Assembly: GCA_963704575.1 (NCBI GenBank)
Contig: OY969918.1
Span: 3,479,122-3,543,121, forward strand
DNA length: 64,000 nt
Direction of reading: 5' to 3'
Source of the DNA: an uncultured Acidobacteriota bacterium
Lineage (GTDB): Bacteria > Acidobacteriota > Vicinamibacteria > Vicinamibacterales > SCN-69-37
A model generated the notes under the pieces. That model was given only the letters and a program-made list of their open reading frames with translations. It was not told the origin of the DNA and searched no databases. Positions 56,062-64,000 of the stretch are shown here, one piece after another. The position numbers and the translations under genes were made by a program. Positions within the stretch are counted from its first letter, which is position 1. Each line of letters begins with the position of its first letter.

Positions 56062-57420
56062 TTAGCTCAGCAGGTCCGCGAAGAACGGATTGAGCATCCG
56101 TTTGGCCGGGTCGACCGACGCGACCCACTGGGCGAACGCGGTCCATCGCGCGCCGAATGCGCCTTTCACCTGCGCTTTGGTTACGCGCGGGCTCTGGTTG
56201 AGCAGCGGAATACCCTGCCGGGGCGCGGCCCACACGTTGAAGGCGTCGAGGAACGTCGGCCACGCGTCCGGATTTCTGGTCCCGGGCGCGTGGATCGGAT
56301 CGAGCGAAAACACATCGCCATCGGCCGTGTACGAGAGCGGCGATCCACCGTCCTTGCGGACGTAGTACGCGCCGAGCGGCATGTTGCAGCGGAAGCCCGT
56401 CTTCGCGAAGTGCGCGTCGGCAAAGTCGAGATAGCCCTGGACGTTGCTCACCCAGTTCTGCCGCGGAAATGCCCAGAACGTGAACGCGTATCTCGCCGCG
56501 GGCGGCGTCTTCGAGTAGTCGATCATCTTGTCGGGATCGCTCAGCGTAAATCCGCCGAGCGCGCTGACGAGGCGATAGAAACCCAGCTCGACGCCCGCGC
56601 CGACTTCGTCGAGTCCGGCCGGCGGGTTGTCCGGCGTGGCCTGCCCGACCGCGCGCGCGAGAAACGCGCCGAGAAAATTCCAGCCGAACTGCCGTGACCC
56701 GGCGAGCCAGTCGCGCTCGAGCGCATCGGCGTGATTGCGCGTCTGAATGACGGTCGTGCGTCCGACCGTCCAGCAGACCACGCACTGGTTGGTGGCGATG
56801 ACCTGATCGATCATCGCCTGCGTCAGATCCGCCGTCGGATGGATGTCGTAGTTGAACCTGACGATCTCGATCGGCTTGATGCGGATCGTCACTTCGTAAA
56901 TGATCCCGGCGAGTCCGTAACTCGATCGCATCTGCGACAACAGCTGCGGGTTGTTCGTCGTGGAGGCTTCCGCCAGATCGCCCGCCGGCGTCACCCACTT
57001 CATGGCGGTGATGTACGAGCTGACCTGCCCGAACTCCACGCCGTCGAGGCTGTCCTTCGTGTGGCAGCAGGCGGCCGAGCCGAGCGTGAGGTTGCCGATC
57101 TCGATATTGAGCATCAGCTGCAGCTGCTGCGCGCGCAGCGCCTTGTTCGCCTCGATCATCTCGAGGCCGGCTTCAGCCGTCAGCGTCATCGCGTTCTTGT
57201 CGATCGCGATGATCTTCTTCATGCCGGTCATGTCGACGACCGTGCCGGACGTCGCAGCGCACGGCGTGAGCGAGTGATTGCTGCCCATGGCGCGCACCGG
57301 TGACGGATATTTGTCGGTCTGTTTCAGGATGGCCTGCAGGTCGGCGGCCGTCGCGGGTTTCGCGACCTGCTGTGGCGTCGTGACAATACTCCCGTCGTAG
57401 TTCGTCAGGGTCGTACCCAT
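56062..57420 (-). CDS. FAD-binding oxidoreductase (PCMH/VAO type, aldonolactone-oxidase-like)
   Basis: N-terminal FAD_binding_4 pattern (…VRAMGSNHSLTPCA…VVDMTGM…) and an ALO-like C-terminus (…VDPAKRMLNPFFADLL). Confidence 0.75.
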   Translation of the reverse strand: MGTTLTNYDGSIVTTPQQVAKPATAADLQAILKQTDKYPSPVRAMGSNHSLTPCAATSGTVVDMTGMKKIIAIDKNAMTLTAEAGLEMIEANKALRAQQLQLMLNIEIGNLTLGSAACCHTKDSLDGVEFGQVSSYITAMKWVTPAGDLAEASTTNNPQLLSQMRSSYGLAGIIYEVTIRIKPIEIVRFNYDIHPTADLTQAMIDQVIATNQCVVCWTVGRTTVIQTRNHADALERDWLAGSRQFGWNFLGAFLARAVGQATPDNPPAGLDEVGAGVELGFYRLVSALGGFTLSDPDKMIDYSKTPPAARYAFTFWAFPRQNWVSNVQGYLDFADAHFAKTGFRCNMPLGAYYVRKDGGSPLSYTADGDVFSLDPIHAPGTRNPDAWPTFLDAFNVWAAPRQGIPLLNQSPRVTKAQVKGAFGARWTAFAQWVASVDPAKRMLNPFFADLLS

Positions 57421-57501
57421 AGGCGGTCGTCCTGGTTCTCGGGAAGCGGCGCCTATGTTACAGCCTCTCCCGCCGCCCGCACACCTCCGATTTTCGCCGG
57501 T

Positions 57502-57897
57502 TCACCTCGACGTTCTCTTGTGCCCTCGCCTCGGCCCGGTCTTTGTCGCGCCTGGCCGCAGCACCTTCGTCGTCACAAAACGGTGTGCCATCACGACCAG
57601 TTCGCGCAGGGCGTCGGGACGAACGTGGTTCAGGCGCACGAGCACGCACGGATAGCCCACGTAATGATCGGGCAGATAGTACGTCACGGGATCCTCGGCG
57701 AGCATGGCGTCGCGGTCGGCGATCGCCATGCGAACGACGATCGATCCTGTCTCGGCCGACCGATGGCTCGGCACGCAGACGAACATCTTGCCGCGCACTT
57801 TCAGCGCCGGCGCGCCGAAGGTTGTGCTGACCTCCACGTCAGGCAACGTGGCGCCGATCGCGGCGACGTGGTCGAAAGAGATCGCAGTCTTGCGCAT
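57502..57897 (-). CDS. MmcQ/YjbR family protein
   Basis: …LPDVEVSTTFGAPALKVRGKMFVCV… pattern from the internal ATG (57895-57897). Confidence 0.7.
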   Translation of the reverse strand: MRKTAISFDHVAAIGATLPDVEVSTTFGAPALKVRGKMFVCVPSHRSAETGSIVVRMAIADRDAMLAEDPVTYYLPDHYVGYPCVLVRLNHVRPDALRELVVMAHRFVTTKVLRPGATKTGPRRGHKRTSR

Positions 57898-57995
57898 CGC
57901 GGCCTGAAGATTCTGCCGTACTTGAGCGCCGCAGGCACGAGGCTTGCGGTCGGTCGCGGCGAATGCCATTCTCACCCGACCCTAGGGAGAGCCTC

Positions 57996-58949
57996 ATGAC
58001 GGATGTGCGATGGCATCGGCGGGATCTGTTGAAAGCGCTTGCGGCGACGGCGGCGGTCGGCGCGATAGGCGAACGGATGTCGGCGGAGCCGCAGGCCGCA
58101 GTGAAGTGGTCGACGGGCACTAACGCGCCGAAGCTCAAGGCGCCGGCAAACGCGGCCGATTGCCATCATCACATCTACGACGCGCGTTTTCCCGAGGCGG
58201 CCAATGCCGTGCTGCATCCTCCCGACGCGCTCGTCGACGACTACCGCAGACTGAAACGTCGTCTTGGCACGACGCGCAGCGTCCTCGTGCAGCCGTCAAC
58301 CTACGGCACGGACAACCGATGCGTACTCGCAGCGCTCGCGGCACTGGGTTCGTCGTCACGCGCGGTCGCCGTCGTCGACGACACGGTCACGGAGACGGAA
58401 TTGAGGCGCCTCGACAGCCTGGGGGTGCGCGGCGTCCGCTTCAATCTCGCGCAGGCTGGCGCGACGACACCGGAAATGATCGCGCCACTCGCGGCGCGTG
58501 TCGCGCCGCTCGGCTGGCATCTGCAGATCAACGCGCCCGCGGACAAGATTCTCGAGATTCTCCCCATCCTCGAACGCGTACCCGCGCCACTGGTCTTCGA
58601 TCACCTCGCGCACATTCCTCAACCGGATGGCGTCAAGCATCCGCTCTACGCCAGGATTCGCGCGCTCCTCGACAAGGGCCGCACGTGGATCAAGTTGTCA
58701 GGGGCGTACATCGATTCCAAGGTCGGCGCTCCAACGTACGCCGATTCGAGCGCCGTCGCGCGCGCGTACGTCGTCGCCGCGCCCGAGCGGCTCGTCTGGG
58801 GCAGCGACTGGCCGCATCCGACTGAACAGGGTCAGAAGCCCGACGATGCGCTGCTGTTCGATCTGTTGACGGACTGGGCGCCCGACGCGCGCGTGCGGCA
58901 GCGGATTCTCGTGGAAAATGCCGGGACGTTGTACGGATTCCCGCGGTGA
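57996..58949 (+). CDS. amidohydrolase-2 family protein (LigI/lactonase-like) with Tat signal
   Basis: Twin-arginine signal MTDVRWHRRDLLKALAATAAVGA. Metal motif DCHHHIY and …WGSDWPH. AGGGAGA lies 6 nt upstream. Confidence 0.8.
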   Translation: MTDVRWHRRDLLKALAATAAVGAIGERMSAEPQAAVKWSTGTNAPKLKAPANAADCHHHIYDARFPEAANAVLHPPDALVDDYRRLKRRLGTTRSVLVQPSTYGTDNRCVLAALAALGSSSRAVAVVDDTVTETELRRLDSLGVRGVRFNLAQAGATTPEMIAPLAARVAPLGWHLQINAPADKILEILPILERVPAPLVFDHLAHIPQPDGVKHPLYARIRALLDKGRTWIKLSGAYIDSKVGAPTYADSSAVARAYVVAAPERLVWGSDWPHPTEQGQKPDDALLFDLLTDWAPDARVRQRILVENAGTLYGFPR

Positions 58950-58956
58950 GCGCGCC

Positions 58957-59172
58957 AGAGCGGTTTCGAGTTGCGTGTAATGCCTCGGCTCCGCCCTCCG
59001 GCTCGACGAGCCGGAAAAACCGCGCTCCAGGGCACTCGTCCTGCGTGCTCAGGTTGGGTCCCGGTCACCCAGCCTTCGGTCGTCACTTGCGCGCCGTTTT
59101 TCAGACTGTCGCCCTCGGCTCGCTCGCAAACGGGCGGAGCCGAAGCACTACACGCAACTCGAAACTGCGCTA
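58957..59172. repeat. ~210-bp palindromic element with 37-bp imperfect terminal inverted repeats (MITE-like or structured RNA)
   Basis: 58960-58996 GCGGTTTCGAGTTGCGTGTAATGCCTCGGCTCCGCCC is the reverse complement of 59132-59168 in 34/37 positions. Nested inner repeats include GAAAAACCGCGC/GCGCGCCGTTTTTC and GGTTGGGT/ACCCAGCC. Confidence 0.6.
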
Positions 59173-59203
59173 GAACGCTTGACGCCCCATCTTGCGGCGC
59201 GTG

Positions 59204-60280
59204 TTACCGCGCGCGGCGCGTGAGCATGACGGAGAGAAGCAGCGATCCGTCTTTGGCCCGGCGAACGTGCGCGTAGGCCGGCGCGTAGCCGTGCAGGCTC
59301 GCAAAGTGCGTGGCAATTGCGTTCAGGTCTCGTGGCTCAGCATAGCCAACTGCGCCAGGCGGCGGCAGTTCATCCTCCACCAGTTCGTTTTCCGCAGGCG
59401 CTGTGTTGTCGGCAAAGACGACGCGCCTGTCTAAGTACGCGAAGTCACCAAGCGGCCGGCGCGAAAGAAAATGCACGTGCCCGATGTCGTCCTCGCGGAT
59501 GAAGTCCACCGCCGGATGGGCGCTAGACGACGGCCGCGACATCATCGCGACGAAGTCATTGCCTTCCTTCCACAACAAATCGGCGCGATATCCCTGCTTG
59601 CCGCTCTCGTTCATGTTCGAGAGCAAGCCGCTCGGGGACGGATCGGATCGCACGGCGATCTCGTGCGGCGTCGCGTCGTTGGATGATCGTTCGGCAAACA
59701 CGACCCAGTGACGGGACTCGGCGACGCGACTGTCGGCAATCGCCTCGGCCGTGACGGGAACGAAGCCTTCCTTGCACGAGGCATTGAGCCGGCCCAGGCT
59801 CGTGCGGTAGTTCAGCAGGACTTCGCCACGGTATTCCCACGTCGAGGCCGGCGCCGCGTCGGTCCTGGTCGAGATCGCGACGAGCCGCGCGTTGGGCGGC
59901 GTCTCGTCGAGCGAGATTCCGCACAGCCGGAATCCCTCCGCGCCATCGGTGCTGAGCGGCTTCTGCATGGCGTCGTTGCCGCCGATCGTCACGCGCGCGC
60001 CGACGGCCTGCCGAGGGCCATCTACCTGACGTCCGAGCAGCACGACGACGCCCGGAAGCGCGGTGCCGGATTCCTCGTGAGCGACCGCAAGACAGCCGAA
60101 ACCTTCTCGTCCGGCGACGTCGAGCTGTCGCGCGAGTTGATTGGCCGTCGCGAACACGATGCGGTATTCGAGGCGCGAATCAGCGGATTGTGCAGCCCGC
60201 CCGGAGGTGAAGGGGGCGGCGGCAAGGAGAAGTGCGGCGATGAGCAGGGGGCGCACGGCGACACGGTACACGGGCGGCAT
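59204..60280 (-). CDS. hypothetical secreted protein
   Basis: Only the last 358 codons of the 601-aa listed ORF are used. The signal peptide MPPVYRVAVRPLLIAALLLAAAPFTSG starts at ATG 60278-60280. No family recognised. Confidence 0.6.
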   Translation of the reverse strand: MPPVYRVAVRPLLIAALLLAAAPFTSGRAAQSADSRLEYRIVFATANQLARQLDVAGREGFGCLAVAHEESGTALPGVVVLLGRQVDGPRQAVGARVTIGGNDAMQKPLSTDGAEGFRLCGISLDETPPNARLVAISTRTDAAPASTWEYRGEVLLNYRTSLGRLNASCKEGFVPVTAEAIADSRVAESRHWVVFAERSSNDATPHEIAVRSDPSPSGLLSNMNESGKQGYRADLLWKEGNDFVAMMSRPSSSAHPAVDFIREDDIGHVHFLSRRPLGDFAYLDRRVVFADNTAPAENELVEDELPPPGAVGYAEPRDLNAIATHFASLHGYAPAYAHVRRAKDGSLLLSVMLTRRAR

Positions 60281-60340
60281 CAGGGTTCCACCCGGCAGGG
60301 GCTTGTTGCGCGGCCGCTCTCCCGCCAGGATTGTGGCACG

Positions 60341-60895
60341 ATGAAGTCCATGCGAATCCTCTCGAGCTTCGTCACGATCATCGTCTTCGCCGCAGCCGTG
60401 AGCGCGGCGAGCATGCAGCAGGGCCAGCAGACCAAGGTCGGCAGCGGCGGCAGCCCGCACTGGAAGGCCCAGTGGACGATTGACGGCGCCAAGCTCGTCG
60501 TCGAGTACGGCCGGCCGTCCCTCAAGGGTCGGCCCGAGTCGCAGCTGATGCCGCCCGGCCGGCCCTGGCGCACCGGAGCGGATGAAGCCACCATCATCAC
60601 GACGGACAAGTCGCTGACGTTCGATGGCGTCACTCTTCAGCCGGGCACGTGCACGATCAACACGCAGCCCGGCGACACCTGGCAGCTCATCTTTGGCAAA
60701 CTCGACAAGCCGGGCCAGTGGGGCATCCCATATCAACCCGCGCTCGAGATCGGCCGGGTGCCGATGACGACAGGCAAGACCAAGGCGCCCGTCGAGGATA
60801 TGACCATCTCGATCGACGACACCCCCGCGGGCGCTACGCTCCGGATTGAATGGGGCACGATCAGCGCCACCGCGAATTTCAAGGTGCGCTCGTAG
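60341..60895 (+). CDS. DUF2911 domain-containing secreted protein
   Basis: Signal peptide, then …GSPHWKAQWTIDGAKLVVEYGRPSLKGR…PWRTGADEATIITTDKSLTFDG…, the DUF2911 pattern. Confidence 0.8.
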   Translation: MKSMRILSSFVTIIVFAAAVSAASMQQGQQTKVGSGGSPHWKAQWTIDGAKLVVEYGRPSLKGRPESQLMPPGRPWRTGADEATIITTDKSLTFDGVTLQPGTCTINTQPGDTWQLIFGKLDKPGQWGIPYQPALEIGRVPMTTGKTKAPVEDMTISIDDTPAGATLRIEWGTISATANFKVRS

Positions 60896-60896
60896 C

Positions 60897-62283
60897 TCAC
60901 CGGCATGCGGCTTCGACGTCCGCGACAGTCTTCGGAATCGGCGGGCCCAGCACGCGGGCGCCCGCCGGCGTGACCAGCACATCGTCCTCGATCCGGTAGC
61001 CGCGCGCATCGCGGAACTTGTCGACTTCCTTGAAGTTGATAAATGCGGCGTTCGTCTTTTTGGCCTTCCACTGATCGATGAGCGCCGGAATGAAATACAA
61101 ACCCGGCTCGACCGTGAGCACGAAGCCCGCCTCGAGCGGGCGCGCCAGCCGCAGATAGTTCAGGCCGAACTGCGTGCTTCGCTCGTATCCGTCGCCGTAG
61201 CCGACGATGTCTTCGCCGAGGTTTTCCATGTCGTGGACGTCCATGCCCATCATGTGGCCGAGGCCGTGCGGAAAAAAGAGCGCGTGCGCGCCGGCGGCGA
61301 CCGCCTCGTCCGCGTCGCCCTTCATCAGGCCGAGCGACGTCAGGTCCGTCACGAACGATTTCGCCGCGGCGAGGTGCACGTCACGATAAGGCACGCCTGG
61401 TCTGATGGCAACGATGGCGCCCATCTGGGCACGGAGCACGGCGTCGTAGATCGCGCGCTGCTGCGCGGAGAACGTGCCGCCGACCGGAATCGTGCGCGTC
61501 ACGTCGCTCGCGTTGCGGGACGGTGTCTCGGCGCCCGAGTCGAGGATCAGGGCGTCGCCCTTGGCCAGTGTGTTTCGATAGTACGGGTTGTGCAGCGTCT
61601 CGCCGTGCACCGAGCAGATCGGCGGAAACGCGTACGAGCACCCGCGCGCCATGACGACCTTCGCGATCTCGGCGATGACCTGATACTCCGCGAGACCGGG
61701 CTTCGCCGCACGCATCGCGGCGGCATACATCTCGCGCGAGACGTCAACGGCCATCTCGATGTCCGCGACTTCCTCGTCGGTCTTGTAGAGCCGCTGAGCG
61801 GCGACGGCCTTGTGCAAGGCGAGCGAGCGTTTATCGCGGAGTTTCGCCGGCTTGATGCCGGTGAGCGAGGCGAGCTTCACGACGTGCTCGGCGCGATACG
61901 GCGCCAGAAAGTGCACCGGCCGCTTCTTCTTCACGGCCGTGAGTACCGACCTCCGCCAGCTTATCGGATGGCGCCGTCTTTTTTACGCCGGCCCCCGCCG
62001 CACGCGATGCCATCGTCGGTTGCGGCCCGGACCACACCACGTCGGCCATCGTCGCGTCGTCGCCGAAGACAGTCTCGGTGCGGGCGTCGATGTCGATGAC
62101 AGCCGCGAGCGCGGGCTGGTCCAGCGCCCAGAAGTACAGGAAGGAGCTGTCCTGCCGGAACGGATACACGTTGGCCGTGAAGTTCATGCCGACCTCGTCA
62201 TTGCCGAGGAACAGCACGAGGCCGGAACCGATGGCTTTCGACAGACGGGCGCGCCGGGCGCGATAAGTCTCGGGCGTGAGCAT
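60897..62283 (-). pseudogene. pepP: Xaa-Pro aminopeptidase (M24B), reading frame broken by one extra base near 61946
   Basis: The N-terminal AMP_N part (MLTPETYRARR…PFRQDSSFLYF…) is in one frame and the catalytic part (…HGLGHMMGMDVHD…VLTVEPGLY…RIEDDV) is in another. The span is 1387 nt (3n+1). The frames meet at …KLAEV|(V)LTAVKKKRPVHF. Confidence 0.75.
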
Positions 62284-62346
62284 GCCGGATTGTGGAACAA
62301 AACCCGGTCGAGAAGAAAGGTGGGGCCTATAATCCCCGCGATCGGC

Positions 62347-62895
62347 ATGGAAGCACAGTCCATCGAGTGGGTCGCGCCCCGGGTCTTCGCCGGTGTCGGC
62401 CTGCTGCTCGTCGTTCTGGCGTGCTACATGGCCGGCGCGGATTCGCTCGCCTGCCGCCGCAACGGCGATCGAGTCGATTGCCGCGTTGCGCGGTCGCGGC
62501 TGCTGGGTTCCGTGACCGTCGAACAAGTCATCGTGCCGGATGTCATCGACGCGTGGGTCCGCACGTCGACGACCTCGCAACAGACGTACCGGAGCGGCCG
62601 CGGATCCAACGCGACACACACCTCGTCGAACGACACGTTGATCCTCCACACGCGCGACAACCGCGACGTCGCGACGCTCGGCGGCGATCAAAGCGCGTCA
62701 TACGCCGATCAGGTGGTGGCGATCGTGAAGGCGACGGCCGCTGTCGCCGATCCGGCCCACGCGGAGGTCAGCGTCAAGGAGGAGCTCACAAGCTTCGAGG
62801 TGCAGGACACTTACCTCCCGATCGCGCTGTTCTGCGGCGGGCTGGGTGCGGTCTTCGTGATCTTCGGGCTCGTGGCGATGCGCGTCTCGAGCTAG
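62347..62895 (+). CDS. hypothetical two-TM membrane protein
   Basis: N-terminal TM (VFAGVGLLLVVLACYMAG) and C-terminal TM (IALFCGGLGAVFVIFGLVAM). The start was chosen at ATG 62347 inside the longer listed ORF. Confidence 0.5.
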   Translation: MEAQSIEWVAPRVFAGVGLLLVVLACYMAGADSLACRRNGDRVDCRVARSRLLGSVTVEQVIVPDVIDAWVRTSTTSQQTYRSGRGSNATHTSSNDTLILHTRDNRDVATLGGDQSASYADQVVAIVKATAAVADPAHAEVSVKEELTSFEVQDTYLPIALFCGGLGAVFVIFGLVAMRVSS

Positions 62896-62965
62896 AGGAT
62901 CAGCGCGCGGCTGCCGGGCGATCGGCAGCGCGTCGTCGATGTCGATATCGAGCCGCCCAGGTTGT

Positions 62966-63145
62966 CTAGCGCAGCGCCGGGCCGCCGGCGAGATTGCCCG
63001 TCAGCCAAAGGACGAGCACGATAACCACCACGAGCCCCAGCAGCCCGCCGCCGTAATGGGACGGTCCCCAGTTCGCTCCGCGGCCGTAGTAATAGCCACC
63101 TCCGCCGCCGAACAGCAGGATCAGCAGGATAATCAGCAGGATCAT
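62966..63145 (-). CDS. DUF3309-like small membrane protein (59 aa; below ORF-track cutoff)
   Basis: My own translation: MILLIILLILLFGGGGGYYYGRGANWGPSHYGGGLLGLVVVIVLVLWLTGNLAGGPALR. AGGAG lies 6 nt upstream of the ATG (63143-63145). Confidence 0.6.
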   Translation of the reverse strand: MILLIILLILLFGGGGGYYYGRGANWGPSHYGGGLLGLVVVIVLVLWLTGNLAGGPALR

Positions 63146-63437
63146 GGGTCGCTCCTGCGGATGTTGACTGCAAACAGCGAGCCACGTGGTTCACTCAGCC
63201 CGATCTCGGATGCAACGACACATGCATCGATGTAGCGCGTGGGCTTCCTAACATGGATAGCGTGTTACTCGGCCGTCCGGGCGCCGGCGGTCGGATCGTG
63301 TCGTCGCGAAGTTCTGTGGTGAAGCCATATGGGGACTCGCCTTCGCGCTCATCGAGGAATTTCGGGGAACGGCGCCGATTGGAACGGATCGTGAATGACC
63401 GTCTCCGTGCCCGCTCTTGTGGCACGAGGTGATCAAC

Positions 63438-63740
63438 ATGAAGAACGGCAATGGAAACCGCTTCACGATGGGGTTGCTCTGCGGGGCGGCGGTTGGGGCA
63501 GCGGTTGGCGGTGTGCTCGGCGTGCTCTTAGCTCCGAAGCCCGGCTCGGCGACGCGGCGTGATTTGTCCCGCTCAGCCGACGGTCTCCGCCTGCGCGGAA
63601 TGGATCTCTACGACAGCGCGGCTCAAACGGCTGCGGATGTCTCCGATGCGGTCAGCGATCTGGCCGATCGTGGCGTGGAATTCGTGGCCGACGCAGCCCA
63701 GCAGGCCAAGAAACGCGTGAAGGCCGGCGAAATCGGCTAA
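63438..63740 (+). CDS. YtxH domain-containing protein
   Basis: GLLCGAAVGAAVGGVLGVLLAPKPG glycine-zipper TM plus a helical tail. GAGGTG upstream of the ATG at 63438. Confidence 0.7.
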   Translation: MKNGNGNRFTMGLLCGAAVGAAVGGVLGVLLAPKPGSATRRDLSRSADGLRLRGMDLYDSAAQTAADVSDAVSDLADRGVEFVADAAQQAKKRVKAGEIG

Positions 63741-63958
63741 CCAGGACCCGAGTCAGTCCTGCCGAGCAGCCAGAGCGTCCGTTCGTCCGTGCTGCCGGCA
63801 AAGTATTTGTGGATGAGCTGAGTGAAGACAGAGCCCTCAGATGATACGGAGCCGAACAGGGTCGCGCACGACCTCAGCTTCATGTCGTCTGGGGAGCCAA
63901 AAAGTTCCAGTGCGGACGACGTCTGGACTGCGAGGGCGGCCTCGGCGCTCTCCAACAA
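63737..63958 (-). CDS. hypothetical small protein
   Basis: ORF bounded by an upstream in-frame stop at 63980-63982, with a TTG start as listed. No motif. Convergent 4-nt overlap with the YtxH gene. Confidence 0.25.
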   Translation of the reverse strand: MLESAEAALAVQTSSALELFGSPDDMKLRSCATLFGSVSSEGSVFTQLIHKYFAGSTDERTLWLLGRTDSGPG

Positions 63959-64000
63959 TCGCGGCCCTAGGAGCGCGTGGTCAAGGTACGCCCTGGCCTC

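Noticed and set aside
58971-59434. Short ORFs (75-101 aa) inside and beside the palindromic element
   Set aside because: They are generated by the inverted repeats, with no start context or motifs. The region is better explained as a non-coding structured element.
60281-61009. Upstream part of the 601-aa minus-strand ORF
   Set aside because: It overlaps the DUF2911 gene on the opposite strand. A proper signal peptide begins at the internal ATG (60278-60280), so the gene was trimmed.
62892-63194. 100-aa minus-strand ORF from the track
   Set aside because: It is Arg/Pro-rich with no start context. A different frame on the same strand gives a well-formed DUF3309-like membrane protein with a Shine-Dalgarno.
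1-64000. Search for rRNA, tRNA, tmRNA, CRISPR arrays, integrases or prophage genes
   Set aside because: No cloverleaf-like or direct-repeat/spacer pattern was noticed in any intergenic gap, and no integrase or phage structural motifs appear in the translations. This was a visual scan only; tRNAscan-SE, Infernal and a CRISPR finder should confirm it.

Overview
High-GC (roughly two-thirds G+C by eye), gene-dense bacterial chromosomal window. I found no rRNA, tRNA or CRISPR array. All family calls come from reading motifs in the supplied translations; no database search was possible. The gene content (PadR plus a duplicated FtsX/MacB-type 'ADOP' permease, a TonB-dependent receptor with a carboxypeptidase-regulatory N-terminus, a PEP-CTERM protein, many secreted peptidases) suggests an Acidobacteriota-like soil bacterium; this is inference.

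Most of the window is ordinary metabolism and envelope function: gltB, ggt, mscL, ogt, a panE-like gene, MFS transporters, CNNM/CorC pairs, and M28, M24 and zincin peptidases.

The parts that stand out:
1. An isolated, tightly coupled two-gene unit at 30.3-33.1 kb. It encodes a signal-less S8 subtilase and a signal-less metallophosphoesterase carrying an unrecognised ~190-aa N-terminal domain. I know of no described system with this pairing, so it is my top candidate for something new.
2. A vWA/PP2C/Ser-Thr-kinase triad of the TerY-P (yegIKL-like) type at 50.1-52.6 kb. It is extended by a translationally coupled 3-TM protein and sits back-to-back with a pseudokinase-PEGA / TPR-TonB_C operon.
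3. An uncharacterised DUF4331 / beta-barrel / TPR / HupE-like cluster with a divergent PepSY gene (2.1-7.3 kb).
4. A four-gene DUF1684 / mini-TM / FkbM / membrane operon with overlapping stop-start codons.
5. A small mobile-DNA patch at 36.8-39.4 kb. It holds a lower-GC CPBP/Abi-type protease gene, an IS5-like transposase remnant, and an intact IS630 element inserted exactly on the stop codon of the ADOP permease, with TA duplication.
6. A ~210-bp highly structured palindromic element (MITE-like or structured RNA) at 58.96-59.17 kb.
7. A GGCAATG heptamer array forming a 41-nt hairpin at 45.6 kb.
8. A frameshifted pepP.

Many long ORFs in the track are GC-driven shadow frames and were rejected.
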